DNA of 60,243 bases, filler included. It is 5 parts of 5 records of this genome, joined end to end, with 100 filler letters (N's around TTAATTAATTAA, not from the genome) between each part and the next. Parts side by side here need not be neighbours in the genome. Positions count along the whole stretch, not along the records: positions 1 to 15,451 come from SRR31156797_5004; positions 15,552 to 38,018 come from SRR31156797_5008; 3 more parts are not named here. The stretch is one strand, 5' to 3'. Of this stretch, positions 8,719 to 18,236 are shown piece after piece. Made by a program: the position numbers and the translations under genes. Under the pieces are notes generated by a model. That model searched no databases, was not told the origin of the DNA, and was given only the letters and a program-made list of their open reading frames with translations. Numbering within the stretch: the first letter of the stretch is position 1; every line of letters begins with the position of its first letter.

Positions 8719-9744
8719 CTATTTTTTTCTTCCCACATCTGACATTAAAAGTGAAACCCATCTTGTAGAACTGTTTGATTCAAATGCAATTTTAAGTGTC
8801 ATAGTGATTGGAACGGCTAAGAACATTCCAACTATTCCTAAAATATATCCCCAAAGGATTAGTGAAAAGAAGATAACTAAAGGTGAAAGTCCAAGCTCTT
8901 TTCCCATAAGTTTGGGTTCTATAATATTACTAATAGAGATATTTATAATCACATAAAGTAAAATAAGTATTAAAGTTGTATTCATATCAGCAGTTACAAG
9001 TGATAAAAGTACGGCAGGAACAGCTGCAATTATTGAACCAACAACTGGAACAAAGTTAAATAACATAGCAATTACTCCCCATAAAACAGGGTAATCTATT
9101 TTGAAAAATATTAGAATTACAGCGATAGTAAAACCTGTTAAAAAACTTGTGAATGTTTTCACTAAAAAGTATTTTTGTATATTTTTAGAAAAAAGATTAA
9201 AGTGCTCTAATTTCTTTTTGTCTTTATCGAAGATGATTTTTAGTTTCTTTTCAAAAGATTTTGATTCAGCAAGTATAAATGCAATACCAATAACCACAAG
9301 TAAAAATTTTGAAAGGAAAGTTCCTATACTTCCTATTAGGTTGGTTGTGATTCCAAAAAATGAACTAAAATTTAAGGCTTTTAAAACTGTTTCTTTATCA
9401 ACTTCATATCCATATTCTATCCCTAAGTTAATTACTTTTATAACTGCATCTTTTAGTTGCTGTTCATATTGTGGTAGGTTTGATAAAAAATCTTTTAATG
9501 AAATATTCACAATATAAGAAAGAAGCAATGATACTAAGACAAAGGCTCCAATAACAATCAAATAAGACAAAAGTTTTGGGATTAATTTACTTTCTAAATA
9601 TCTAATAAGTGTTGAAAAAATTGATGAGATAAATATAGCTAAAAATAGGATTATTACAATTTCACTAGATATTTTAACTCCAGCTAGGACTATTACTATA
9701 CTTGCTAAGTAGAAAAAATAGCTTTTTATTTTTGCTTCATCCAT
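8719..9744 (-). CDS. AI-2E (PerM/TqsA) family transporter
   Basis: hydrophobic; FNFVPVVGSIIA, IIEPKLMGKELGLSPLV, GMFLAVP motifs. Confidence 0.92.
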   Translation of the reverse strand: MDEAKIKSYFFYLASIVIVLAGVKISSEIVIILFLAIFISSIFSTLIRYLESKLIPKLLSYLIVIGAFVLVSLLLSYIVNISLKDFLSNLPQYEQQLKDAVIKVINLGIEYGYEVDKETVLKALNFSSFFGITTNLIGSIGTFLSKFLLVVIGIAFILAESKSFEKKLKIIFDKDKKKLEHFNLFSKNIQKYFLVKTFTSFLTGFTIAVILIFFKIDYPVLWGVIAMLFNFVPVVGSIIAAVPAVLLSLVTADMNTTLILILLYVIINISISNIIEPKLMGKELGLSPLVIFFSLILWGYILGIVGMFLAVPITMTLKIAFESNSSTRWVSLLMSDVGRKK

Positions 9745-9764
9745 GAATATCCTTTAAAAAAGGT

Positions 9765-9773
9765 ATTATATCA
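9765..9773 (-). promoter_or_regulatory. sigma70-type extended -10 for the AI-2E gene
   Basis: TGATATAAT about 20 nt upstream of the ATG. Confidence 0.55.
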
Positions 9774-9845
9774 GCTTTTTGATAAGTTTAGAATTGAGAA
9801 AATTATTTTTTTAAGAAAAATGTTTCAACTTTTGGAGTAGAGATT

Positions 9846-11192
9846 CTACTCTACACCCCAAGGTTCAGGAGAACCTACTACTTTGAAAACTTTATTATTA
9901 ACTGCATGGCATACATCTTTTGCAAGGTTTATTAAACCTCCATATGCTCCATAACTAACCTTTTTCTCTTGGTTTACATCTACAAAAGCAACTTTCTTTT
10001 TAATAGCAGTATATAAACTTCTACCACCTGCTAAAAGAATATCAACATTGTGTTCATCGATAAGTTTTGCTTGCTGTGTTCCTGGATCTGTCATAAGAAT
10101 ATCAACATATTTTGCTGCAATCTCTTTATCTTCTAAGGTTGCTTTTTTTACACTAGTTGCAACAACTTCAAGTCCAATATCTTGTAGTGCACTTGCAATT
10201 GACCAAGATTTATTTCCACCTGTATTTAAGATAGCTTTTTTACCCTCTAGTATTTTCTTATAAGGTGCCAAAGCCTCTTCAAGTTTTGCTTCCTCTTCTG
10301 CAATAACTTTTTCTGCTTTTTCTAAAAGCTCTTTATCTCCAAAGGCATTTACAATACTTCTAATTGCATTGCTTGTATCTCTTTTCCCATAAAATGAGAT
10401 TGAGATATATGGAATCTCATATTGCTCTTGCATCTTTCTACAAAGTGTAATAAGTGATTTTGCACAAACTATTACATTTAGTTTTGCAGTATGTGCTGTT
10501 TGGATATTTTCAATTCTTCCATCACCTGCAAGTGTTGAAACAATCTTAATCCCAATTCTTTCTAAAATAGGAGTATATTGCCACATATCTCCAGTTACAT
10601 TGTATTCCCCAATAAGGTTTATTCCATAAGGATGAATCTCTTTTGGTTCTTTTGTTCCAATTAGTTGATGTAAAACTGACTCTGCTCCAAGCCTAGAACC
10701 AAGATTTTTACCACCTACAAAACCTGGTGAGTGAACAACTACAATTGGAAGACCGTGTTTTTCTTCCATTCTTGCACATACATTATCCATATCATCACCA
10801 ATCATAGCAGTAACACAAGTTTCATATACAAAAATTGCTTTTGGATTTTTGTTTTCTACAATATAATCGATTGAATCTTCTAGTTTTTGATTCCCACCAA
10901 AAATTACATCATTTGTATTAACATCGGTTGTAAACCCAGTAAAGGTATTGTTTTCACCTTTATGTGAAGTAAGTGTTTGTCTAGTCTCCCACGACGCACC
11001 AATACATGTTGCTGGTGAGTGAACTAAATGAACAGCATCTGCATAAGGGAATAATGCTATTTGTGAACCCTCAAAAGCACAACCACCTGAAGTAGCACCT
11101 GGTTTTGGCTTATCACATGAAGCTTTCTTAGTTTTATTATGAGAACATGCGCTCTCATTTAATAGATCTCTAATTAGTTTCTTATTTACCAT
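9846..11192 (-). CDS. nifE: FeMo-cofactor scaffold NifE
   Basis: PGATSGGCAFEG, YETCVTAMIGDD, GGKNLG, NTGGNKSWS. Confidence 0.95.
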   Translation of the reverse strand: MVNKKLIRDLLNESACSHNKTKKASCDKPKPGATSGGCAFEGSQIALFPYADAVHLVHSPATCIGASWETRQTLTSHKGENNTFTGFTTDVNTNDVIFGGNQKLEDSIDYIVENKNPKAIFVYETCVTAMIGDDMDNVCARMEEKHGLPIVVVHSPGFVGGKNLGSRLGAESVLHQLIGTKEPKEIHPYGINLIGEYNVTGDMWQYTPILERIGIKIVSTLAGDGRIENIQTAHTAKLNVIVCAKSLITLCRKMQEQYEIPYISISFYGKRDTSNAIRSIVNAFGDKELLEKAEKVIAEEEAKLEEALAPYKKILEGKKAILNTGGNKSWSIASALQDIGLEVVATSVKKATLEDKEIAAKYVDILMTDPGTQQAKLIDEHNVDILLAGGRSLYTAIKKKVAFVDVNQEKKVSYGAYGGLINLAKDVCHAVNNKVFKVVGSPEPWGVE

Positions 11193-11227
11193 CTTAGACT
11201 CTTTCTATTTTGATTTGTATATTTACT

Positions 11228-11243
11228 TGCAAATATTGTTCCT
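11228..11243 (-). promoter_or_regulatory. sigma54 promoter of nifE
   Basis: AGGAACAATATTTGCA. Confidence 0.8.
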
Positions 11244-11252
11244 TTAGTTCTA

Positions 11253-11268
11253 TGGAATAGTTTTTGCA
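11253..11268 (+). promoter_or_regulatory. sigma54 promoter of the divergent operon ending in fprA
   Basis: TGGAATAGTTTTTGCA. Confidence 0.8.
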
Positions 11269-11303
11269 TTGATAAAACATATAACTTGAGTGAGGAGATA
11301 GAA

Positions 11304-11693
11304 ATGATTGCTATACCATTAAGTAAAAGTAGTTCAACTACTATATCAGATTTATATGGAAATGCTCCATATTTTGCTCTACTTGATACAAAAACAGGAG
11401 ATTTTACTGTTGAAGAGAATAGTGGCTGTGGAAATGGATTAGATACTGCAAAGTTTGTAAAAGATTCAGGTGCAACAAGCACAATCTTTTATCATATGGG
11501 AGAGGGAGTATTTAATAATTTATATGATGCAGGTGTGAAAGTATTCTCAGCAACAAAAAGCTTATTATCAATAGAAGATATATATAGAAAGCTTTTAGAT
11601 AATACATGTAAAACAGTTACAAAAGATAATTGTGAAAAGTTACTTGATTCAGGTACTACATCTTGTTCTTGTGAATGTGAGAATAGAGGTTAA
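11304..11693 (+). CDS. NifB/NifX family Fe-Mo cluster-binding protein
   Basis: MIAIP..ISDLYGNAPYFAL..HMGEG; ATG after GAGGAG. Confidence 0.8.
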   Translation: MIAIPLSKSSSTTISDLYGNAPYFALLDTKTGDFTVEENSGCGNGLDTAKFVKDSGATSTIFYHMGEGVFNNLYDAGVKVFSATKSLLSIEDIYRKLLDNTCKTVTKDNCEKLLDSGTTSCSCECENRG

Positions 11694-11696
11694 AAA

Positions 11697-12077
11697 ATGT
11701 CTGTAATAATAACTGATGAGTGTATCAATTGTGACGCATGTGTTGAGGAGTGTCCCGCAACTGCAATAGTTAGTGCTGATGAATCTCCACTTGATGACCC
11801 AGAATACACTTATGTAAAACCAGAAAAGTGTATTGAGTGTGTTGATTGCTCAGTTCCAAAGTGTTTTGATGTATGTCCAACTCCAGGTGCAATTGCTTGG
11901 GATATGCCATACACAGAAGAGTTTGATGATTATTATTTACAAAGAAATGAAGAGGGGATTTATAAAATTCGAGTTCACAAAAAGAAAGGAATTTTTTCTC
12001 CCTCAAATCAACCAAGACCTTTTAGAGAATCTATTTTAATTGAAGATAGAGAGATTCACAAGGAATTGGAATTTTAG
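11697..12077 (+). CDS. 2x[4Fe-4S] ferredoxin (FdxN-like)
   Basis: CINCDACVEECP and CIECVDCSVPKCFDVCP. Confidence 0.9.
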   Translation: MSVIITDECINCDACVEECPATAIVSADESPLDDPEYTYVKPEKCIECVDCSVPKCFDVCPTPGAIAWDMPYTEEFDDYYLQRNEEGIYKIRVHKKKGIFSPSNQPRPFRESILIEDREIHKELEF

Positions 12078-12080
12078 AAG

Positions 12081-13052
12081 ATGAAAAAAGATTTAGAACA
12101 CTACTTATCGCTTGATTATCCATTTGAGTGTTACAGTGGAGAGAATGAAGTTGGGGATGCCTTCTTAGTTCAGTTTCTAGATTTTGATATTAAAGCTGCC
12201 AGTGAAGATTATGAAGAGGCAGTTGAGTTAGCTTATGAATATTTAGCTAAACATATAGCAAGACAATTGCAAATGGGAAGAGAACTTCCCAATCCAGGTG
12301 AAGGAATAGGATTTATGAAACATAGAGAAGCATTAGCAGCATACAAAAGTAAAGATTTTGAAACAGCATTAAGAATTTGGCAAGAGGAAGCAAAGGTTAA
12401 AAATGACCAAGCAATGGCTAACTTAGGATTAATGTACCTAAAAGGTGAAGGTGTTGATAAAGACTATAATAAAGCAAAAGAGTGGTTTGATGAAGCTAGT
12501 AAATACGATAACGATTCTGCAAATTTCAATTTAGCTTTAATGTACCAAACAAAAATTGGTGTAGATGAAGATTTAGATAAAGCAAAAGAGTATTTTAGAA
12601 GAGCAGTTAAGAAAAACCATACTCAAGCAGCTTTTAGACTTGCTTTACTTTTACTTCAAGATAGAAACGATTTAGATGGAGTAAAAGAGGGATTTGATTG
12701 TATGTTAAAAGCAGCATCAAATGGTCATGCTATGGCAAATATTCAGTTAACAGGTATGGATAAACCTTTAGAAGAGGTTGAAGAGTTAAATGATGATTTT
12801 AGAGCTCAAACAAAAGAGAAACAATTAGAGATTATAAATGATGCGTTAGATAGATTCATCAGACCTATTTTATTAAAAGATGGGGGAAATGTAGTTTTAG
12901 TTGATTTTCTAAATGAACCAGAAATAGAGATAAGACTTGCATATCAAGGTGCATGTGTTGGGTGTTCTATTGCATCAACTGGAACATATACAATGATTGC
13001 AGATACTATGCAAAAAATAATCGACCCAAGAGTTAGGATATTTATACTATGA
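12081..13052 (+). CDS. HicB-like + Sel1-repeat + NifU C-terminal domain fusion protein
   Basis: N-terminal KKDLEHYLSLDYP...EEAVELA...GRELPNP; AMANLGLMYLKGEGVDKD repeats; IRPILLKDGGNV...GACVGC. Confidence 0.8.
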   Translation: MKKDLEHYLSLDYPFECYSGENEVGDAFLVQFLDFDIKAASEDYEEAVELAYEYLAKHIARQLQMGRELPNPGEGIGFMKHREALAAYKSKDFETALRIWQEEAKVKNDQAMANLGLMYLKGEGVDKDYNKAKEWFDEASKYDNDSANFNLALMYQTKIGVDEDLDKAKEYFRRAVKKNHTQAAFRLALLLLQDRNDLDGVKEGFDCMLKAASNGHAMANIQLTGMDKPLEEVEELNDDFRAQTKEKQLEIINDALDRFIRPILLKDGGNVVLVDFLNEPEIEIRLAYQGACVGCSIASTGTYTMIADTMQKIIDPRVRIFIL

Positions 13053-13405
13053 AAATTGCATTTGCTTCAAAAGACAATACTCATGTTAATGAACACTTTG
13101 GTTGGTGTAAAGAGTTTCACATCTATGAGATTAAAGGAGAAGAATACTCTTTTTTAAAATCTGTAGATTCGTCAATTGAGATTGATGATGAGATTGATAA
13201 ATTAACATATAAAATTGAGTGTATAGAGGGTTGTGATATTCTTTATGTTCAACAAATTGGACCAAAAGCTTCTATGATGGTTAAATCTGCAAAGGTTTTT
13301 CCAATGCAAGCAGGAAATGAAAATGAAAAAATAGAGGATGTTTTAAACAAACTTATTAAGATGCAAGAAAATCCTCCTATTTGGATGAGAAGGTTAATAG
13401 CGTAA
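13049..13405 (+). CDS. NifX/NifY family protein
   Basis: KIAFASKD..VNEHFG..IGPKAS..PPIWMRR. Confidence 0.85.
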   Translation: MKIAFASKDNTHVNEHFGWCKEFHIYEIKGEEYSFLKSVDSSIEIDDEIDKLTYKIECIEGCDILYVQQIGPKASMMVKSAKVFPMQAGNENEKIEDVLNKLIKMQENPPIWMRRLIA

Positions 13406-13409
13406 GAAG

Positions 13410-14654
13410 ATGAGAAATTCACAAAATGAACCAATAGAAATAGCTCCCAATATATATTTTATAGGGGCTTTTGACCCTGATATTAGAACTTTTGATATTA
13501 TTATGAAAACAGCAAACGGTTCTTCATATAATGCTTATTTAATTAAAACAGATGAAGGTGTTGTAATTGTAGATACTGTAAAGGTTGAGTTTCAAAAAGA
13601 GTTTTTTGAAAAAATAGAAAAGCTTTGTTCTTATGATGAAATCAAATATGTGATTTGTCACCATCTAGAACCAGATCACGCAGGTGCAATTCCTGAACTT
13701 ATAAACAAAGCACCACAAGCAAAAGTACTAATCTCACCTCAAGCAACAGGTATGTTAAAAGCTATTACACACAATGAAGATATTGAGTTTGAAACAGTTT
13801 GGACAAACAAAAGTTTAAAACTAGGAGATAAAACTATTAAGTTTTTGACAACTCCATATTTACATTGGCCTGAAACTATGAGTTCATATGTAGAAGAGGA
13901 TAAACTTCTTTTCTCTGGTGATGTTTTTGGAAGTCACTATTATGACAAAAGGCTTTTTGATGATTTAGTTGGTGATTTTTTCTATGCCTTTAAATACTAT
14001 TATGACCATATTATGAGACCTTTTAAAACTTATGCTTTAAATGCAATCAAGCTTTATGATAAATTTGAGATAGATATTATTGCAACTTTGCATGGACCAA
14101 TTTTAAGACAAGAACCTAAAAAATATATTGATTACTATAGAAAGTGGAGTCAAGATGATTATAAGGTTATCTCAAATGGTGAAAAAATACTTTCTATTTT
14201 TTATCTAACAAGTTACAAAAATACAAAAGATATGGCAGAAGCTATTTATGAAGGTGCGGAAAGTGTAGATGGAATAATAGCAAATGTATATGATTTGGCT
14301 TCAATTGAAGAATCAAATATGATAAATATTTTAGAAGAGAGTGATGGAATTCTTATTGGAACACCAACAATTAATGCCGATGCACCAAAACCTGTATGGG
14401 ATTTATTATCGTGTATGATGCTTTTAGAAAAAAGAGGAAAAGTTGGTGGAGCGTTCGGAAGTTATGGTTGGAGTGGTGAAGCTGTTGATATGATAAATCA
14501 CAGATTAAAGTCACTAAAATTTAGAGTTCCCCCTTTACAAGATATGAAAATAAAACTAATACCTACAAAAGAAGAATTAAAAGATTGTTACAATTTTGGA
14601 ATAGAGTTCTCAGAAGTAATAAACGGGAAAATGATCGAAATGACTATGAATTAA
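13410..14654 (+). CDS. fprA: FprA-type flavodiiron protein (O2/NO reductase)
   Basis: SYNAYLI, HLEPDHAG, LHWPET, FSGDVFG, FGSYGWSGEA. Confidence 0.92.
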   Translation: MRNSQNEPIEIAPNIYFIGAFDPDIRTFDIIMKTANGSSYNAYLIKTDEGVVIVDTVKVEFQKEFFEKIEKLCSYDEIKYVICHHLEPDHAGAIPELINKAPQAKVLISPQATGMLKAITHNEDIEFETVWTNKSLKLGDKTIKFLTTPYLHWPETMSSYVEEDKLLFSGDVFGSHYYDKRLFDDLVGDFFYAFKYYYDHIMRPFKTYALNAIKLYDKFEIDIIATLHGPILRQEPKKYIDYYRKWSQDDYKVISNGEKILSIFYLTSYKNTKDMAEAIYEGAESVDGIIANVYDLASIEESNMINILEESDGILIGTPTINADAPKPVWDLLSCMMLLEKRGKVGGAFGSYGWSGEAVDMINHRLKSLKFRVPPLQDMKIKLIPTKEELKDCYNFGIEFSEVINGKMIEMTMN

Positions 14655-14655
14655 G

Positions 14656-14731
14656 AGTTAATTGGTGATGAGTATAAAATTGCAGTATCTTTGACTAAAA
14701 CTAATTTCTTTATACTCATCACCAATTGACT
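14656..14731. repeat. 23-bp inverted repeat between convergent genes
   Basis: AGTTAATTGGTGATGAGTATAAA / TTTATACTCATCACCAATTGACT, 1 mismatch, 30-nt loop. Confidence 0.8.
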
Positions 14732-14789
14732 TTCTAATTTAAATTTTGCCAATATTTATCTTAATAAATAAACTACATCTTTTATTTTT

Positions 14790-14975
14790 TTAGTTTAAAT
14801 CACTAAGTCCAGATACTTTATAAACTACATCTTTAAGCTCATTTAGCTTTTTTACTATTGCATCATTACATGGTTTATCTAAATTGTATCTAGTATCCAT
14901 AAAATCGTATATGTTATCAATATTTGATAAAACTTCTTTTAGTAGTTGGTCCTTGATTTGCTCTTGTATTGTCAT
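14790..14975 (-). CDS. Small hypothetical protein (61 aa) with its own sigma54 promoter
   Basis: ATG after AAGGA; MTIQEQIKDQLLKEV... Confidence 0.7.
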   Translation of the reverse strand: MTIQEQIKDQLLKEVLSNIDNIYDFMDTRYNLDKPCNDAIVKKLNELKDVVYKVSGLSDLN

Positions 14976-15004
14976 TTTTTTTCCTTGCTTTTTTAATCTA
15001 TATA

Positions 15005-15020
15005 TGCATTTTCTATTCCT
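15005..15020 (-). promoter_or_regulatory. sigma54 promoter of the small ORF
   Basis: AGGAATAGAAAATGCA, GG-N10-GC. Confidence 0.65.
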
Positions 15021-15041
15021 AGATTTACAATCTTTTTTCAA

Positions 15042-15057
15042 TGGAACACTATGTGCA
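15042..15057 (+). promoter_or_regulatory. sigma54 promoter of nifB
   Basis: TGGAACACTATGTGCA. Confidence 0.8.
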
Positions 15058-15103
15058 TAAGTTAAAGCAAATAAAAAAGCATGGCTTGTAAAAAGGAGAT
15101 ACT

Positions 15104-15451
15104 ATGAGTTGTTCTTGTACATCAAGTAGTACACAAGATAGTTTAGAACAAGAGGTGATGGATAAAATCAATAACCATCCATGTTATAGTGAAGGTGCTC
15201 ACCAGCATTATGCTAGAATCCATGTGGCAGTTGCTCCTGCATGTAATATCCAATGTAACTACTGTAATAGAAAGTTTGACTGTTCAAACGAATCTAGACC
15301 AGGTGTTACTTCAAATAAACTAAGTCCAGAAGATGCAGTTAAAAAGGTATTATATGTTGGTGGCGATATCCAACAACTTTCTGTTGTAGGTATTGCAGGT
15401 CCTGGAGATGCTCTTGCAAATCCTAAAAAAACATTTGATACATTTAGAATG
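15104..15451 (+). CDS. nifB: FeMo-co biosynthesis radical SAM protein NifB (5' part, cut by contig end)
   Basis: [39 protein letters not shown]. Confidence 0.96.
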
Positions 15452-15551
15452 NNNNNNNNNNNNNNNNNNNNNNNNNNNNNNNNNNNNNNNNNNNNTTAAT
15501 TAATTAANNNNNNNNNNNNNNNNNNNNNNNNNNNNNNNNNNNNNNNNNNNN
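15452..15551. other. Artificial contig spacer
   Basis: N44-TTAATTAATTAA-N44. Confidence 0.98.
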
Positions 15552-16095
15552 CATTTAAAGATAAAATATTTGTTTGAAATGAGATTTGATCAATCGTTAC
15601 AACTGAATCTGCGATATTTGCTGCTTTTGTATTTAATTCACTTACTACAGTATTAATTGCTTCAGTACTTTGTGTAAGTGTACTAATATCTTTAACAATA
15701 CTATTGAGTTTTTTCTTCGAATCTTCATAGACTCCATTTATCTTAAAAGTCTCACTTAAATTCTTTCGTGAGAGCTCTGTTGATTCAGATAAGTTTGATT
15801 GGATATCTAATAAACCTAATTTGAGATTTTCATTCTCATATGCAAAAAGCTTATCCAATGAGTCTTCATCATTCGTTGCCATTGATTTCATTTGTTCTTG
15901 TTGTTGTAAAGAACTTAATTGTGCTTTTAAACTCTCTATCTCATGAAGTAAAGAGCTATTTTTTTGTTCACTTTGTTGCAATTCACTCTGTAATGTAGAG
16001 TTTTTTTGCTCTAAGGAACTTTTTTCATTTTGTAAGTTTGAAAGTTTTTGGTGAGATTCTTCTAACTCTCTTTTTAATTCTCCATTAAAAAACAT
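15552..16095 (-). CDS. Methyl-accepting chemotaxis protein (partial, no TM segments seen)
   Basis: coiled coil followed by IDQISFQTNILSLN signalling motif. Confidence 0.85.
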
Positions 16096-16144
16096 ATTCT
16101 TTACCTCGTGATTACAATATTCTACAATTATACAAAAAACTTGT

Positions 16145-16609
16145 TTAAATAACTAAAAGTAATGAAACCTCATCACATACAGGAAAATGTTTACATTTAA
16201 TACAATCCGCCCAAATCTTTGTCTCTGGAATTGATTCTTTTGGAATCTCAATAAAACCAAAAGACTCAAAAAGTGATTTTTTATATGTAAGGACAAGTAA
16301 TCTTTCAAGTTGTAAGGCCTTTGCTTCTTTTATCAGTAAAGATATAAGCTCTTTAGCTATTCCTTGATTTCTAAAAGAGTCTTTTACTACCAAACTTCTC
16401 ACTTCCGCAAGCTCAGTTGTATGGATATGAAGTGCTGCAAATCCTATAATCTCATCATCAATTTTAACTGCAGTATATGACCTAATTGTTGTTGCCATCT
16501 CATTAGAATTTCTATCAAGTATGTTACCATTTTCAACATCTGGAGCAACTAATTTTTGCATCCCTGTAATATCTAAAACAGTTGGCTTAAAATAAATAAA
16601 CTTTTCCAT
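16145..16609 (-). CDS. GNAT N-acetyltransferase (short ArgA-like)
   Basis: LAEVRSLVV..FRNQGIA, PETKIWADCIKCKHFPVCDE. Confidence 0.85.
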   Translation of the reverse strand: MEKFIYFKPTVLDITGMQKLVAPDVENGNILDRNSNEMATTIRSYTAVKIDDEIIGFAALHIHTTELAEVRSLVVKDSFRNQGIAKELISLLIKEAKALQLERLLVLTYKKSLFESFGFIEIPKESIPETKIWADCIKCKHFPVCDEVSLLLVI

Positions 16610-16610
16610 A

Positions 16611-17225
16611 TTAATTTATTCCACCAAAAAGATATTCACTTATTCTTTGTTCTAATTGATCAATACCTCTATTTTTTAAGTTACTAATAAATATCCCATC
16701 AGGATACCTATTTTTTAACTTTTGAAGATCAGACTGCTTGAGTTTATCTGTTTTTGTAAAAGCATTGATAATGATCTGATCCCCTTTTTGAATATATTTT
16801 AAAAATTCATCCACACTTTGATCAATCTCTAACTCTGGATGTCTTGAATCGATTAGGTGCACAAAGATCTGTAATGATTGTCGACGCTCTAAAAAATCTG
16901 TTAAGTTTTGATGCCAATCTTTTTTTATTGATTTTGATACCTTTGCATATCCAAACCCTGGAAGGTCAACAAATCTAGCATATCTATACTCCGCATCAAC
17001 ACTCCCTTTAAACTTGATCTGAAAATAATTGATCAATTGAGTTTTTCCTGGAGTTGAAGAGGATTTTGCAAGATTTTTTCTTTTTGAAAGCGAGTTTAAT
17101 AATGAACTTTTCCCAACATTACTTCTACCTAAAAAAGCGATCTCTGCAATATCTGGTGGAGGAGAATCCTTTAAACTTTGTGCCGAAGTTAAAAAACTCC
17201 CCTCTATAATTTTATACATACTCAC
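16611..17225 (-). CDS. engB: GTP-binding protein EngB/YihA
   Basis: GRSNVGKSS, STPGKTQLINYF, DLPGFGYA, TKTDK. Confidence 0.95.
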   Translation of the reverse strand: MSMYKIIEGSFLTSAQSLKDSPPPDIAEIAFLGRSNVGKSSLLNSLSKRKNLAKSSSTPGKTQLINYFQIKFKGSVDAEYRYARFVDLPGFGYAKVSKSIKKDWHQNLTDFLERRQSLQIFVHLIDSRHPELEIDQSVDEFLKYIQKGDQIIINAFTKTDKLKQSDLQKLKNRYPDGIFISNLKNRGIDQLEQRISEYLFGGIN

Positions 17226-17722
17226 TTTTTCTCTTCTTCTGGTTCATCAAGTTTTAACCTAAACTGTACAGGTTGCTTCCCACCACCATCAATCTTAATA
17301 TGACCTGTTTTTTCATTAACATAAATAGTATCAGCAGTGATCTTTTTCTCTTTTGTAAGATCCTCTAAATATCCATTTCCTACGATAATATACTTTTGCT
17401 CTTTTGGGTAATAATATACCTTATCCCCTTTTCCTTTAAATAGATTCTCCTGTGTTTTAATTGAAAACTTTACATCCCCAGTTGCCATATAATCTTTTGG
17501 AACTTGTTTATTTTTATCCTCTTTAGAAGACTCTGTATTGATTAAAAGATAATTTGACTCTAAAGTATCAGAGTTTTTTGACATTTTCACATTCCCTTTA
17601 AAATACATCTGCTGCTTTTTTTCATCTGCTTCAAAAAAATCTGCATCAATATTTAAATACCCCTCTTTTGCAAATAAAAAAGATGCAAATAAAACTACTA
17701 AAAAAATTGCTCTGTTAATCAT
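17222..17722 (-). CDS. lptA: LPS transport periplasmic protein LptA
   Basis: signal peptide, beta-jellyroll pattern FKGNV/ATGDV; kdsC-lptC-lptA order. Confidence 0.8.
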   Translation of the reverse strand: MINRAIFLVVLFASFLFAKEGYLNIDADFFEADEKKQQMYFKGNVKMSKNSDTLESNYLLINTESSKEDKNKQVPKDYMATGDVKFSIKTQENLFKGKGDKVYYYPKEQKYIIVGNGYLEDLTKEKKITADTIYVNEKTGHIKIDGGGKQPVQFRLKLDEPEEEKK

Positions 17723-18236
17723 GAAGGTCCTTTAGTGAAAATTTAACATTATTACCATTAATAAATCGCTTATCAAAATCTAAATAAAGTTTTTCTCCTC
17801 GAAAAACACTTTCATTATATTCTATTACAAATGGTAATTGATTTTTTGCTATTTTTGTTTTTGTATTATACTCTAGCTGTTCAGAAGTCAACTGAACTCC
17901 TCGTTGGGCTTGAAGCATCACATTTCCATCAAGATAAAGGTCATCTTCTATTTTTGTCACAAAATCTGCTTTAGCAAAGTTTGTCTCTGTTTGTTGCTCT
18001 TGTCTTAAAAGCATTGTGGCACTTACCATCTCTTCTCTTTTTTTATAAAGATATATCTCATTGGCTCTTACTATACTTGTCACACTATGCTCATCAATAG
18101 TATATGAAATGGCATCATAAAAACTAACTAATGGTTTTTCATCTTTTTTTATATCACTTTTGATAGATTTAATATCATAAAATAAAAAAAATATTGATAA
18201 CACTAATAAGGTAGTTATAAATCTTTTTATTCCCAT
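17715..18236 (-). CDS. lptC: LPS export protein LptC
   Basis: N-terminal TM, LDGNV..SEQLEYN; synteny. Confidence 0.72.
   Translation of the reverse strand: MGIKRFITTLLVLSIFFLFYDIKSIKSDIKKDEKPLVSFYDAISYTIDEHSVTSIVRANEIYLYKKREEMVSATMLLRQEQQTETNFAKADFVTKIEDDLYLDGNVMLQAQRGVQLTSEQLEYNTKTKIAKNQLPFVIEYNESVFRGEKLYLDFDKRFINGNNVKFSLKDLHD

Noticed and set aside
14768-14834. 15-bp direct repeat ATAAACTACATCTTT
   Set aside because: Only two copies in AT-rich DNA, one inside a CDS; no element boundary is evident.
15452-15551. TTAATTAATTAA palindrome in N-runs (also at 38019, 43181, 49797) and ORFs running into them
   Set aside because: Artificial all-frame-stop linker. Adjacency across spacers has no biological meaning, and composition shows different source genomes.
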